Below, piece after piece: positions 1-13,566 of a DNA stretch of 64,000 nt. This stretch comes from Tubiluchus corallicola. Its lineage: Eukaryota > Animalia > Priapulida. The position numbers and the translations under genes were made by a program. The stretch is from the NCBI GenBank assembly GCA_030141605.1, contig JAQGDQ010000083.1:186001-250000 (forward strand), read 5' to 3'. The notes under the pieces were generated by a model, which saw only the letters and a program-made list of their open reading frames with translations, did no database searches and was not told the DNA's origin. Within the stretch, counting starts at the first letter, position 1. Each line of letters starts with the position of its first letter.

Positions 1-1399
1 ATCAAAGTTTCATTTGTGTGTACTTTACATATATTGCTTTTCTCAAATTTCATCATTATGAATCCTAATACAAATGCGAGTGTTGGACTGACTAATACTA
101 CAAGCGCAAGAAAAATAGCGCATGCCTGCTTCCATGCTGGATGATAGACCAAATTTTTTTTCATAATTCTTGAGAATTTTTTACAAGCTTGCTGCTAATT
201 TTGTGAATATATCCAATTGTCATCAGTGATCTTCAAATGACATCTGACTTCATATAAAGCGATGTATTTGAAATAGTCAACTCACTGGCAGCCTGTAGTT
301 TAGAAAACCAAACTCTTTAAACCACCGACCTCCTCATGAAATCTGGCGTAAGTGAGTAGGACAGGAAGTGACGTAACTAGGAAATGACGTAAGTGAATAG
401 GACAGGAAATGAAGTAACTAGGAAGCCCGGGACACTCTATCTAACGTTGCCACAACCCAGTTTTGAAGTAAAATGAACTAAAAAAATTTCAAATATCAAA
501 AGATTTCAGTGTTGATGATGATTACATCGAGTCTTTTAAATAATAGAACACGATAAAGGGAAAGAAAATGTAAGTCAATTTATCCAAATATAGAAACATT
601 GGTACTATAACGGTCCATTGCCTTTTGGTTCCAATTAATCATAAATTATTACCATAATAATAACAACATAATATGGATATCATTGTGTACTAGCAAACTG
701 AATATAAAATAAATAGATAATCAAGACTTATGAATTATGATTATATATGAGTTAGGCATTAATGTATAAACAAATTATATTTTATCTTAGTATTTTATGT
801 ATTTTTATTTTCTATACGAATGTCAGTTTTCGACCCTCTTTTAAACCTACTTTAGACCTCCCGAATGATCTGTTTGACCTCTAAAGTCGAAGCTGACCAA
901 TTCTGGAACCCTGCTGTAATTTGTAAAAATTTCATAAGCAAAACTTTTATTTCCTGTTATGTAACACAAGGGGATCAAACTTAGCATTCACCCACGTTTG
1001 TTGAATGCGTACTAATCACTTGCCTGACTAAGATAAAACCTGCGCCGGGTTTAGGTATCAGCTGAGTAAGCGACAGCTTAGGGCCTCACAATCTACATGG
1101 GGCCTCAACAAGGTTCCAGATTGGGTTTTATACCCATTTTTATATTTAAGTAATAATTTAGTAATGTTTTAGTCAAGTGTATTGTTCTCTTTGCTATAAA
1201 TAATTAAGCCACGCATATTTTCAAGTTTTCTGGGACCAATTGGCGAAATTTAAAAAAAGAGGGCCTCAGAGCCTTATATAGTGCTTATATCCTCACCAAG
1301 TGTGAATACGGCACTGGATAAAACACCGCTTCGGACTTATGGGTCATGTTTAGTCTATTTTATACGTGTTATTGTGAAAACAAAATGGTATATCTGCTT

Positions 1400-1591
<192 letters not shown>

Positions 1592-2179
1592 TCTCTCTAC
1601 CTCTCCGTCTCTCCGTCTCTTTCTCTGTCTCTGTCTTTCACTGCTCCCCAATCCCCCTTCTCAAGCTGAACAGACTGCATCAGCCATTACAGCATAGCAA
1701 CAAAACACAGCATAGTGCTCACAAACGGAAATGTCGGCACCGGCTTATATTTTACATAAATTGTCGTGAGGTGTTAGGCGGTTATTATGCGGCGAGCAAT
1801 AAAGATGGAAATTTGTGGCCCGGGATAATGGCCTGGATTAAATGATTTAAGTTTGGAAAAGGTTAAACGCTGGCAGCAGTTAAACTGCTACATTTCAGAA
1901 TGTATTAGACTTCGGTTAGTTAAATGATTATTGCTCCGTTGTTGTTGTGGCTTCCTAGATTTAAAGCAGCACTGACTGAACGAAACACATGATTGGGTGC
2001 CAAATGTAGATATTACTGATAACCAGACCATATTTAAAATACCATGCCATAATGAAAAGCTTTGTGCAGGTGAAACAAGCTGTGTTCGTTTTGGCGGTCG
2101 TCACGGGTATCTCATACGTACTTAACAATGCACACGCGTATGTGATAAAACACAGATAAAATGCAACTGGTCAGATTTT

Positions 2180-2860
2180 TTTTAGATTTAATAGATTTAT
2201 TTCGCAATAAACATATACATATACATTACATGTGCATCGATAATCAGTTTTTGTTAATACAAACTTATGATACAATTCATGAATTCTGCGCTAGAGACCT
2301 AAGAAGCTAGCTTATGGTAGGCCACTAGAATTAGTTACGAAAAAATTACAATATATACAGATACAATATTACAATATATACAAATATAAATACGGGTGGG
2401 AAGTAATAAAAATATTATTATACTAGAGGGGAAGTTTTTGAAAATGAAAAACAACAAATCATGATTGAGTGATCAGTTATACGTTTCAAGTAAGTTTAAT
2501 TTATAAATTTTTTTAAATATGGGCAGCGAGTTGGCATTTTTAATAGCTGGAGCAATTGAATTCCATTGTATTTAATAGAAAATTTTCTAACATTAGTGTT
2601 GCACTGTATGTAGTGATAGTTCAGTCTATAACGTGTGCCGTAATTATGTATCTCAGCAATTTTACGCTAAATTTACGCCAATTACAGCAGACTCATTTGA
2701 GCTTAAATTTAAAAAATGTTTTCTGCGCTGCTTTAAACTTGCATTTATTGTGCCTCTCAAAGATTTTTTTGCAAAATGGAGGGAAGAGTAATAGTGCTAT
2801 ACTATTGTATTCAAACAACACAGCTATGCGCTCAATAACATTATTAAGTTTTGAATAATG
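2180..2860 (-). mobile_element. Degenerate 3' end of an L2/CR1-group LINE
   Basis: Minus strand reads QWNSIAPAIKNANSLPIFKKIYKLNLLETYN*, typical of an ORF2 C-terminus, followed by AATAAA and an A-rich tail near 2175-2200. Boundaries approximate. Confidence 0.6.
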
Positions 2861-5335
2861 TGGTGTCGTTAAGCTCCAAAGGATTAAAAACTTTAGCTTG
2901 TGCAACACGAGCCTTTGCCCGTAAGTTGTAATTGTGATATTTCGCGAATAAAATGTTGAAAAAGACTTTGTTTGTACGTCTGTTATACGGTCAGAGTTTA
3001 GCACCTGGAAAGCGAGGAAGCATTGCGTTTCACAAATTGATTTAAAAAAAACTTGGGGCAGTGAGGGCAAATCAATGAGCTCATAGTGGATTCATAGTCG
3101 TTAATTCAAGCAAAAATTATTTTAGCGATTAATCATCAAAATTCGGCAATGCATGTTTCCGATCACTGTACTTAAATACAACCTGCGACATTTTGTTCAG
3201 GTAATAATGAAGTAAATAGATCTGGGTTGCAAGACACTGTCCTGCAGCGTCACAGATAGACTGTACGAAACTCAAAGGCTTGCAAGTGAAGGGCGTTAAC
3301 ATTTTCGTCGCGTCAATTTACTTATTAATTGGCTTGCTTTTATTCCACATGTTGAGTTTTCGTTACTGTTTAAGCTATTTGTCAGTTGAGAAATTAGCTT
3401 TTGAACTCAATCACACATTCAGTGCTGCCGGGGATTCCTTCTATAATCTGTCCTCACACTAATCTGTTGCTTAATACTATTAAGTTTTGAACTTTATTCC
3501 TCTAGTGTTTGAGATGTAATTTTGCGAATTGGCCTTTGACTTTTAATCACAAACTAAAAGTTGCTGGTTGACCTGCTGAAAGTGTCCCCCACCAGGAATT
3601 ATTATTATTGTTATTATTATTATTATTAAAAATCTTTATTGAAAATGATACAATAAGCCCGCTATTTGCAGGGCACATAAGTACAAAAATGTTAAATGAA
3701 TCTTTACATTATGTACATTGAATAAATTTTTACATTAAATTCTTCACAGTTACAATTTCTTACTAAACAAGCTAACAATACTGCATTATGATTTATTAAT
3801 TCTAATTATATATCTAATAATTGCGTACATTGTTTATACATGTTATACTGTATGTACAAATAGTATATGTTGTAGCTTCTACATACATAAATAATGTTAA
3901 GCTAATGTCATTCGTATATAACACAGTATCCTGTATAATCAGTTTACTATAAGATCATTTTGGGTTAGTTCTTTTACAATATCTATATACATTAGTGTCT
4001 CTCTTTCTGTAAATGGTCCGAATGTCATTATTTTCTAAGCCACACAGGAATTATCTCTTGCGGATTACCGGTCTACTGGTTTACATGTTGTATTTTTCTA
4101 CTCCATAAAACTTTGATGTATTTATCCACTTCATTTTTATTATATTTGACGTTTGTATTGTCCAAATTACCGACCGTCAACGTATCATTTCGGGCAATTG
4201 CCACCAGGAATATGATTTATAAGTTATCCAATATAGGTTATGAAACTCTTTTCCAGACTCCCAAAGTCTTCGAGCTGTATGCTTACGTCAAAAATGTCTT
4301 TTCTGTTAACCCATTTTCTTGTGTCGGCATGTTTTGCAAATTTGTCGGTGCATTTCGGTTGGTTCTTTTAAATAAAACTGGCTAATTCTGCTAAGAGAAC
4401 ATGTAATTTCGCTGGTACATATGTAATAATGCACCATTTGCTGGTGCAATCTCAGTTGGTTCGTTTAAATAAGACTGGCGGATTCTGCTCACAGACATGT
4501 TGAAAAGCTTAGTCTAAAATTTAGGATCTGTGCCCTAGTCGGCTCCCAGTATAATGTCTCTGAAGTTTTTTCTTTCTCCGTCAACTGACTTGAACATTGT
4601 TTAATTACTTATTGAATTCTAAACGTTATTCGATAGAATCTCTGTTTACTATAAGAATGCCCTCAGGTATCTACTTTGTAAAACAAAAATTTGGCTGCTG
4701 GTAATTTCTTAACAGGTCATCGAACCTGTGACTCCTTATTTTACATTTTGGCTTCTGTCAGCCGCGCCCACTCACTTGGAGTGACCAATTTAGAGGCGTG
4801 TATTAAATCTCTACACACTTTATTATGTAACTCAGTTTCAAACACCTGTAGTTTAAGCAGCCAACAACTACCACCCTGACTGACCCACCATAGGTCACCG
4901 AGCATCCCTCCAAAATTTTTATTTCCCTTGAGTGTTATAAGCTGTGTAAGTTTAGTTGCCCAACCTTTTCAAGTTTTGCCAATTAGTTTGTTCTTGTCCT
5001 AGTCACATTTTAAGCCAGCCATTTTAAGACCTTGAGTCTGCGCTGGCAAAAACAGACCCAGAGGCGTTTAATTTAGCAATATTTTAGAAACTTTTTTTGC
5101 AAAATCTTCCAAAACAAAATCTAAATTGCACGCGAAATTACGTATTCAAACAGATGGCAGTGTGCATGCGTCGATGCGTCTAGTTTAATTCAGTGTAGTT
5201 TGACTGTAATGCGCAGTGTTGTTGTTTACGAAACGTGATCTTTCAAATGTTTTAAAGACAAACAACTTAATGTACAATAATTGTGATTTTGTTTTTAATT
5301 TTTGTGTTTTGAAAACGGATTGCTGTTTTAAAAGT

Positions 5336-5560
<225 letters not shown>

Positions 5561-6049
5561 ATTAACACTTTAACTCATTTCCTCAAGTTATGTTTTTGTT
5601 CGCTTGTATAAATTAAGTTAATTAGACCGACATTTTCATAAATGTTAAAATTTTACGTCGAATTACTTCAAAATTGTTAACACTAGCCTGCCGCAAGCAT
5701 AGGCTTTCTGTTTTGCCATAAATGGCATCGAAATTACCTTATAATCCATTTGCGTTATTTTAGTAATGCACTTAATGTACATGCGCAAATTGCACGTTAC
5801 GCAATTTGTGGCGTATCAAAAATGCTGCGGGCGTCACTTACCTACGTATGTATGTAATTTATTGACCAACAAAATTATAATAAAATTACAAATTGCAAGG
5901 TAGCTGTAAGAAGTTCGTAACAAGGCATGTTCCTTACTGCTACATCAGTGACGTCACGTAAATGCAAACTGGGTGCATATTAAAAAACACTTTTAGCAAA
6001 ATGCAAGTACTATTATACGCAGCAATATTATACAATAGTAATGCAAAAT

Positions 6050-6500
6050 AGTTTTCGTATGTCTAAATATACAAAGGCATTCGCTGAAATAGCAACTTCT
6101 GCCCGACAACCTTAATATAGCTGCCTTAGGAACTAATGATCTGTTGAAATTGTTATTATTCGGAAAAGATGAACTTAACTATGTTGCTAACTGTACAATA
6201 TTCCAATGCCTACATGACTTTATATTACGTACTAAACGCTTCCAGTAGTTTCTATCTGATATGAAATGCATCAGTCTTAAATATTCGTACATTAATATTT
6301 TCTAACCGTCATTTTCTACTAATGTCTAATGTAATCTTGTAGTAAAACTTGTCAGCTTGTGTAGTTATAGTCTATTCTTACTGTAAATGTTTTTGTAAAT
6401 AGTGTATAAAGTCTGTTGTGATGAGGATCCTAAATAATGTTGTTCAAACTGTCTGATCCAATCCTATAATAAATTATTTTTAAACTAAATAACAACGAAC
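6050..6500 (+). mobile_element. LINE (CR1-group) 3' end fragment
   Basis: Reads LLFGKDELNYVANCTIFQCLHDFILRTKRFQ* ending ~6248, resembling the common CR1-type ORF2 terminus; an AT-rich UTR with AATAAA follows. Confidence 0.55.
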
Positions 6501-6869
6501 ATCTATGTACATTTTCCACTTGTTTAGCGGTATCATTATGTGCTAATATTGATGTCAGCGATGATGTGTCGATGTCAGAATATTTAGGTAGTTGTCTAAG
6601 ATGAGCGATTATATGACACACACAGAGTACATGGTTCCAGCCATTGAGCAACTACAGGTTCTAGATTGTCTGGGTTAATGTCTCCATCTCCCCGTCTCAC
6701 TATGTAGCCGACGGGCTGATATACCTGGGTGAAGCATATATGCGTCGTTATATTCGCTGGGTGGAGTTAACCTTTTTTCTGTGTTGCAGAAACTTGACCC
6801 TGTTTGTTCAATACATGAAGAAAGTTCCAGTAAACATTGTTTTTATTTCTAACTGCTTTAAGCTAACTG

Positions 6870-6934
6870 CTAAACGCGGAATTGAACCGGCAACCTTCGA
6901 CATGGAAAAACAGCTTGCAGCCGATTGAGCTATT
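6870..6934 (-). mobile_element. Degenerate tRNA-like (SINE-type) head
   Basis: Minus strand TAGCTCAATCGG (A box-like) ... GGTTCAATTCC (B box-like); no intact cloverleaf. Confidence 0.45.
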
Positions 6935-7062
6935 TCTGTTTATTCTTTTGAAAGACCTGCCAGCTTCGGAAACTAGTTTAAAAGTATAAATAAAATAGTA
7001 AATAAATAAACAAATGTAAATGAATGAATGAGTGACTGAGTGAATGAATGAATGAATGTATG

Positions 7063-7212
<150 letters not shown>

Positions 7213-7881
7213 CCGATAAATAAATAAATAAATGAGTGAATGAATAAATAAATAAATAAATATATAATGAAAACAGAAAGTCTGATGGGTCTTAAATAAG
7301 TATCAAAGAAAGCTGCAGTATTTTGCAAATTCACTGAATGCGGTTTATAGTTTGCAAAAATTTTTCGTTTTCCTGCCAAATACGTATATATACTTTAATT
7401 CAGAATTTGCGAGCTCCTCAGGGCTTTAGTTATGGGATGTCTGTAAGCACACGTTCGGTTCAGTGCTTGTCGACGAATGTCACCGTGAACGTCATCATAT
7501 CATGCAAGTAACAAGTACAGACTGTCACGTGACGCCCGTAACAGGGAAGCTTGTGAAGTTTTTAGTTGTTTCAGAAGTCTATTAGATAGCGGTGAACATT
7601 TATATGTGTTCCCCTTTTTCAATTAGTTCAACATCTCATCAGTTTTAATAAAATTTTAGAACCTTTAGTCGAATTGGTTTTCAGTGATGATTAATTTTCT
7701 TAAATTTTATACCTTGGCGGAAGCCTTACGTTTCATCAAACCTGTCATGCTTAGCGTGCGGTCAAACGTTGGAAACGGTTATTTAAAGCATAAGAAAACA
7801 CTTTTCAGAAATAAAGGTTAAAGAATTAGTCTTGTAATTTTGTATCACCTACATGCTATATTATTGTAAACAGAGCTTGTG

Positions 7882-7987
<106 letters not shown>

Positions 7988-8299
7988 TTATTTCACTCCA
8001 GCAATACATATACAATACATCAACATGCAATATTATTGAAACAAAAAGAAACAGTATAGGTAAAAAAGCGTTGATGAAGTCAAATTAACCAAATAAAAGA
8101 GTTGCCGTATGACACCTTGAAAGCTTGGCTTGTTAAGGTGGCACAAATGAGTGAACGAAAGAATGGTTAGGGTTAGTAGACATGATGGAATGGAAAAAAT
8201 AGTAAGATTAGGGATAGGAAGAAGGAAGGGAGAAGAAGAAATTACTAAGTGTTAGCAGTAACGCTTAGTAAAACTTGTAAATATAAACACCCATTTAAA

Positions 8300-8630
8300 A
8301 AAAGTCATTTGAAACAGGTTTAGATAACACTGCGTGAAGTTTGTAAAAATAATCTAGCCATTTGTAACATATTCTTTGCTAACTAAGCTAAAGTATAAAT
8401 TACTTTATCTTGCTAATAAAATCTGTAATGCGTTTCTAGTGAATCAGCGATACACACTGGAGTGACGTTTTACCAGTTGGCGCGAACATTTTAAATTATT
8501 TTCTAGTTTTTCTCTTTTCTAGTTACATAATAAATGTTTCAAACAGGTAAGTGTAATGCTAAGTTATAAAACTTTATGTGGAAAGTTCTTTGAGATATAC
8601 TTCAAAATTCCCCTTTCTTCCCCTTTGTGC
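8300..8630. mobile_element. Dispersed repeat family A (arm of a foldback/MITE-like element)
   Basis: Aligns by eye with 31081-31408 in the same orientation, and with 26300-26620 and 30430-30817 in the opposite orientation. Confidence 0.75.
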
Positions 8631-9829
8631 GCTCTTCTTTGGCATCTCTTGTGGCGGCGATGGCGACGACGATTAAAGTTATAAGATGTAAACAATTTCA
8701 CCGCATAAATTGCGTTCTAATACTTATCTGTTTAGATGAATTCCTCATGCAGAAATATAACGACGCTGCAACTCTCTTGAATTATTGTACGTGCAAAAAA
8801 TATACGCAATTTATTTTGATGCTGCGCTAGTAGAAATTGCGAAACAATTTAACATGGAGTTTAGTTGAATAAGGAAATTTATTACAGTATGCAGACCATA
8901 TACAAACAACTTCTCAATTAAGCGAACTATAAATTCCACAGGAGACGGACTTCAAAGGAGGAAAAGTATTAAAACGTCTTGCAAAACTGCCTGCGTCGTT
9001 TCAGACGCGCAAAACGTCCTGGACATGAATTTATTCTTTTTATTAGTTATGAGAAAATGACTTTGTTTTGATTGGCTAAAGTCATCGAGTTGTGATAAAG
9101 GCAGAGCGTTCAAAAAGTAACAAATCAATAAAGCTTTTCCATTTCAGTATTTTGAAGATATTCCATATTGTGTTATTTCGATCACTGACAAGTCACTGGC
9201 ATAGCAGTATCTAGTTTTTTGCTTGATTACTGCTGCGTTTACCTGTCTTGAGAGAAGATTTCTTTTATTTTAGAGTTCTGCAATAGAGACACAATAGACG
9301 TAATGGGCATATGATGATGATGATTTAGAGTGTAAATACTTCTATAATTGGTCCTTGACGTTTTGATTAATGTATGCTCTGATGGAGATTTAAAATTTGT
9401 TGAAACAATTTCAGACATACAAGATAAATGACAAAACAAACAGTTTTTATTGCGTGATATACAACGTGAAATCGCGTGAATCAATTCTATTCAATTGCAC
9501 AAGCGAATTTGGCTGTATAAACTTACTGTATCGAAACCAGTAAATACCAGAAATGAGTTTTTTTTAACATATTTACATACTTTTACTTATCAAATGAAAT
9601 GAAAACGCACTAAGCTTCCGGAAACACGAATAGAAGCAATTGAAACCTATTTCAAGCAAGAAACTAACACTATATCTTTATTTTTTAAACATCCTATGTA
9701 TTTTTATTTATTTTACGTATATTTCAGTTCACAATAGGTGTGAATAAATTGAGTTGAATGTGAGTGATTTAGTGACTTTCGGCAATCAAAAAGATTTGTA
9801 CCATTGTTTTGGCGCAGTGAAAGAGTGGC

Positions 9830-10210
9830 CGTATTTTGAAATCGATGTGTTTCAAAGGCGAAATTACAGAAACATTTTGGGTATTAGATGGCCAAAGAAA
9901 ATTTCAAACAAAGATCTATATGAAAAAAATAAAAGAAGAACCTTGGACAAGAAAAATAAAAAGACGCCGTTTAAGATGGATTGGGCATATGTTTAGACTA
10001 CCTGATGATATTCCAGTGAAGATAGCTCTTCAACAAGCCATAGAACCAGCTAAAAAACCTGCAGGGGACAAATGTTAACATATTTAGATTTTGCACAGAA
10101 AGATTTAAACACTTCAGCATTGATCCTTAGAAATAAATGCACTTGGGGCACTGCGGCGAGCAGGGAGACCTGGCATAGAGAGGTGAGCAGAATCATGTCC
10201 CTGGACGTGT
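9830..10210 (+). mobile_element. RTE-clade LINE 3' fragment, frameshifted
   Basis: IDVFQRRNYRNILGIRWPKKISNKDLY, then after a frameshift IKRRRLRWIGHMFRLPDD, matching the RTE C-terminal pattern. Confidence 0.8.
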
Positions 10211-11272
10211 GATTCATTGGATGATGGTGGTGGTGGATGCTTTGTAGGCTTCTTGGCATCGTTAAAAAGAAAATTTGTCATTTTGCTTAGTTTAATAGAT
10301 CTGATCTCATAAAGTAATTATTGACAATCCTTGTGTTTTAATACTACAATAAATGCCACAAACAAACAATAAACAAATGCAATAAACAAAGCTTAATTAA
10401 AAATCACTATTTAGGACATTTACTGCATGACAAATAAAATAAATATTTCCACAAAGAACAGAGGATTAGTAAGCTAAACATTTAAAAAAAGGTTAGTAAA
10501 TGTATAGTCCAATGGGCAAATATTCCAAGTCAAAATGGCATTAGTATTAAGAAAATAAATATAAGGCCATATGCATACCCATAATGTATACCTCAGTTGC
10601 AATTATTATTCTTTTTAACAGAAATTTAACAGAAATTTAGCGACATTGAACGTGAAACGAAACGTCGATGAATTTCTGTTTACAAGACTAATTATTTACA
10701 AAGGAAAAATGACTGAAAATGGCGCAGTAATCGTGCCAAGTTTAATTTCTCTTAAATGTCCAGTAATTCTTGATCTACCGCTGAATAATCAACAAACGCT
10801 TAAATTATGAATTAATTTATAATTTAAAATTTCAACTCAATCAATGTGTATAGAAATGCCGCCATTGCCGCAAAATTTAAATAGCAATTTTTCCCGCTGT
10901 TCCCACAAAAAGAAGGGAAATTTGTGGAAACACAGGGTCACTGGAGGGATATACCAGCAAACTTTGTCTGCAACAAGATGGCGGCAGATAAACGAACAGG
11001 AGTCAAAAGTGTGTTCTTTGTAAGCTCTATGTATTTATCTGCAAATTCGTTTATTTTATTTATCAAATTTATTTACAGTAATTTGCAGTGGTCGTCTTTC
11101 TATGTGTGCTGATTCAAAGGTTTTGGGTTCGACTCCCACTTGTGTTGGGAATTTACTAGTCATGTTCCACATGAACAGATCTTTCTGGTCGTGTTTCTAG
11201 GACTACTCATTTTTAATTCAATACCTGATCTTAGTCAGTTTGTTAATATGTAAAGTTTAAAGCAAATTCGGA

Positions 11273-11795
11273 CCCAATCTTAAACTGTAGGTCAAAATAG
11301 TCTATTCTTTAAAATATTGAAAGGAAACGTACTAGAGTTATTACAACACAAACACAATTTCACATTTTTGATACTAGTTCTTCGCTGTTACACGCATTTC
11401 GCCATTCGCTAGTTAGAGAGGCACTAGCGCCTGCATTTTAGAAACGCATTGCACAAAAACAGGTGCTGTACCTCTCAGTTCAGATGTGTTAGTTTGTGAC
11501 GAACTACACACGTTCGACAGCTCATGCGTGAGCACAACGGTAAATTTGAAATTCTGAATATCTTACGGTAGTACTGCAGTTCAATTTTCGCTTTCGCCAA
11601 CACGTGCAACACGCTCGTCGAATATTTTTGTTGTTGAAAATTATGTTAGTTTGTGTCTGTCATCAATAGTTGGGATCTAAGTTTTTAATCTATTATTTAA
11701 TTATCAGAAACGCTTTTGCAGTATTAATTGTGTTAAAATGTACACGTTTTATCAGACTTGAAAATGGGGTGGTATATGAAAAATCATCCTGTCTT
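11273..11795 (+). mobile_element. Dispersed repeat family B, copy 1
   Basis: Collinear similarity to 59221-59780, e.g. shared CTCAGTTCAGATGTGTTAGTTTGTGACGAACTACACACGTTCGA. Confidence 0.8.
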
Positions 11796-12659
11796 CCTTT
11801 AAGTTTAAAGTTCTGTTTTGTTATTTGTACGTGTAGTTTAGCTTTTCCATTGTCTCATTTGCCTCTAACAGTGTATGTTTTTTAAAACATTCACTGATTA
11901 GGTTTCTTAATTATTTGCTACGATTATTTGTTATGGTAAATAAAGATCTTACTTACTTGCTATGGGAGGAGGGAAGAGGGCTCTACCGTAACCATCTACC
12001 CCTGCGCTTCCTCAGTTGCATATATAAGACCAGCCCTCCTTCTCCTTCTCTTCCTTCATTTTTTGTTCTTTTTCTTGTTCTTCCACCTGTTCTTCTTCAT
12101 ATATTTCGCTCAAAGATGTCTAGCAATTTTCACTTCTAGAAGGAGTGTCTAAATACTGTCAGTTTGCAGCGATAAAATTATATTATAATATTCTAATGTC
12201 AATTTTGGGTAAAAACATATGAAGTTACTGTGCAAAGATTGTATTACAATCAAAATCCAAGGTGATTTTGAACGTCTATTGTCAGTGTAGTCGTTTGGGA
12301 TTTATATCGCAAAATGTCAAATATAAATCATTTAACGTTAAGAAATTATGATAGAAATTTGCCGTAATAGGTTGCGTTGAAATGATTATTGAACACTGAA
12401 ATCCGAGTTCCCTGGGAGGCCGCCTAGGAGAAATTTTTTCGGCAATCACGTAAGACAATAACCGCAAAATCCTATATTGCTTAAAACCGTATAGGGCATT
12501 AGCGGGGCAGGTTAGTCCTGCCCTTCTTAGGAAATGTTCGCTTTAAGCACAGTTTGATTCCCTTAAACTAAGTGATATGATATTTGTAATAAGTGTCATA
12601 AATTTCAGTCGTTATCTTAACCACTGCCACATCGCCATCTTTATCGTTAGCAGCATTAC

Positions 12660-13210
<551 letters not shown>

Positions 13211-13517
13211 GATTATGACTATGAATTTATTTCCACACATCAAAGAATACAACATCAGACACATCTATAAATTTATAATAAAATAATTTGAGTAGTACGA
13301 GGTTATGAATTTATTTTAATAAAATACAGCTTTTAGGAGAAACCATAACAGCAATCGCAATGATATTATGAATAATAGAGGGATAGCGGCATTCATTGGC
13401 AAAGTGTGATTCTTAAGCAGAACTAAGGCTACAATAACATGTATTATGTAAATCACTATGTTATCATCATCATCATCATCATCATCATTATCATCGTCGT
13501 CGTCGTCATCATCATCG

Positions 13518-13566
<49 letters not shown>

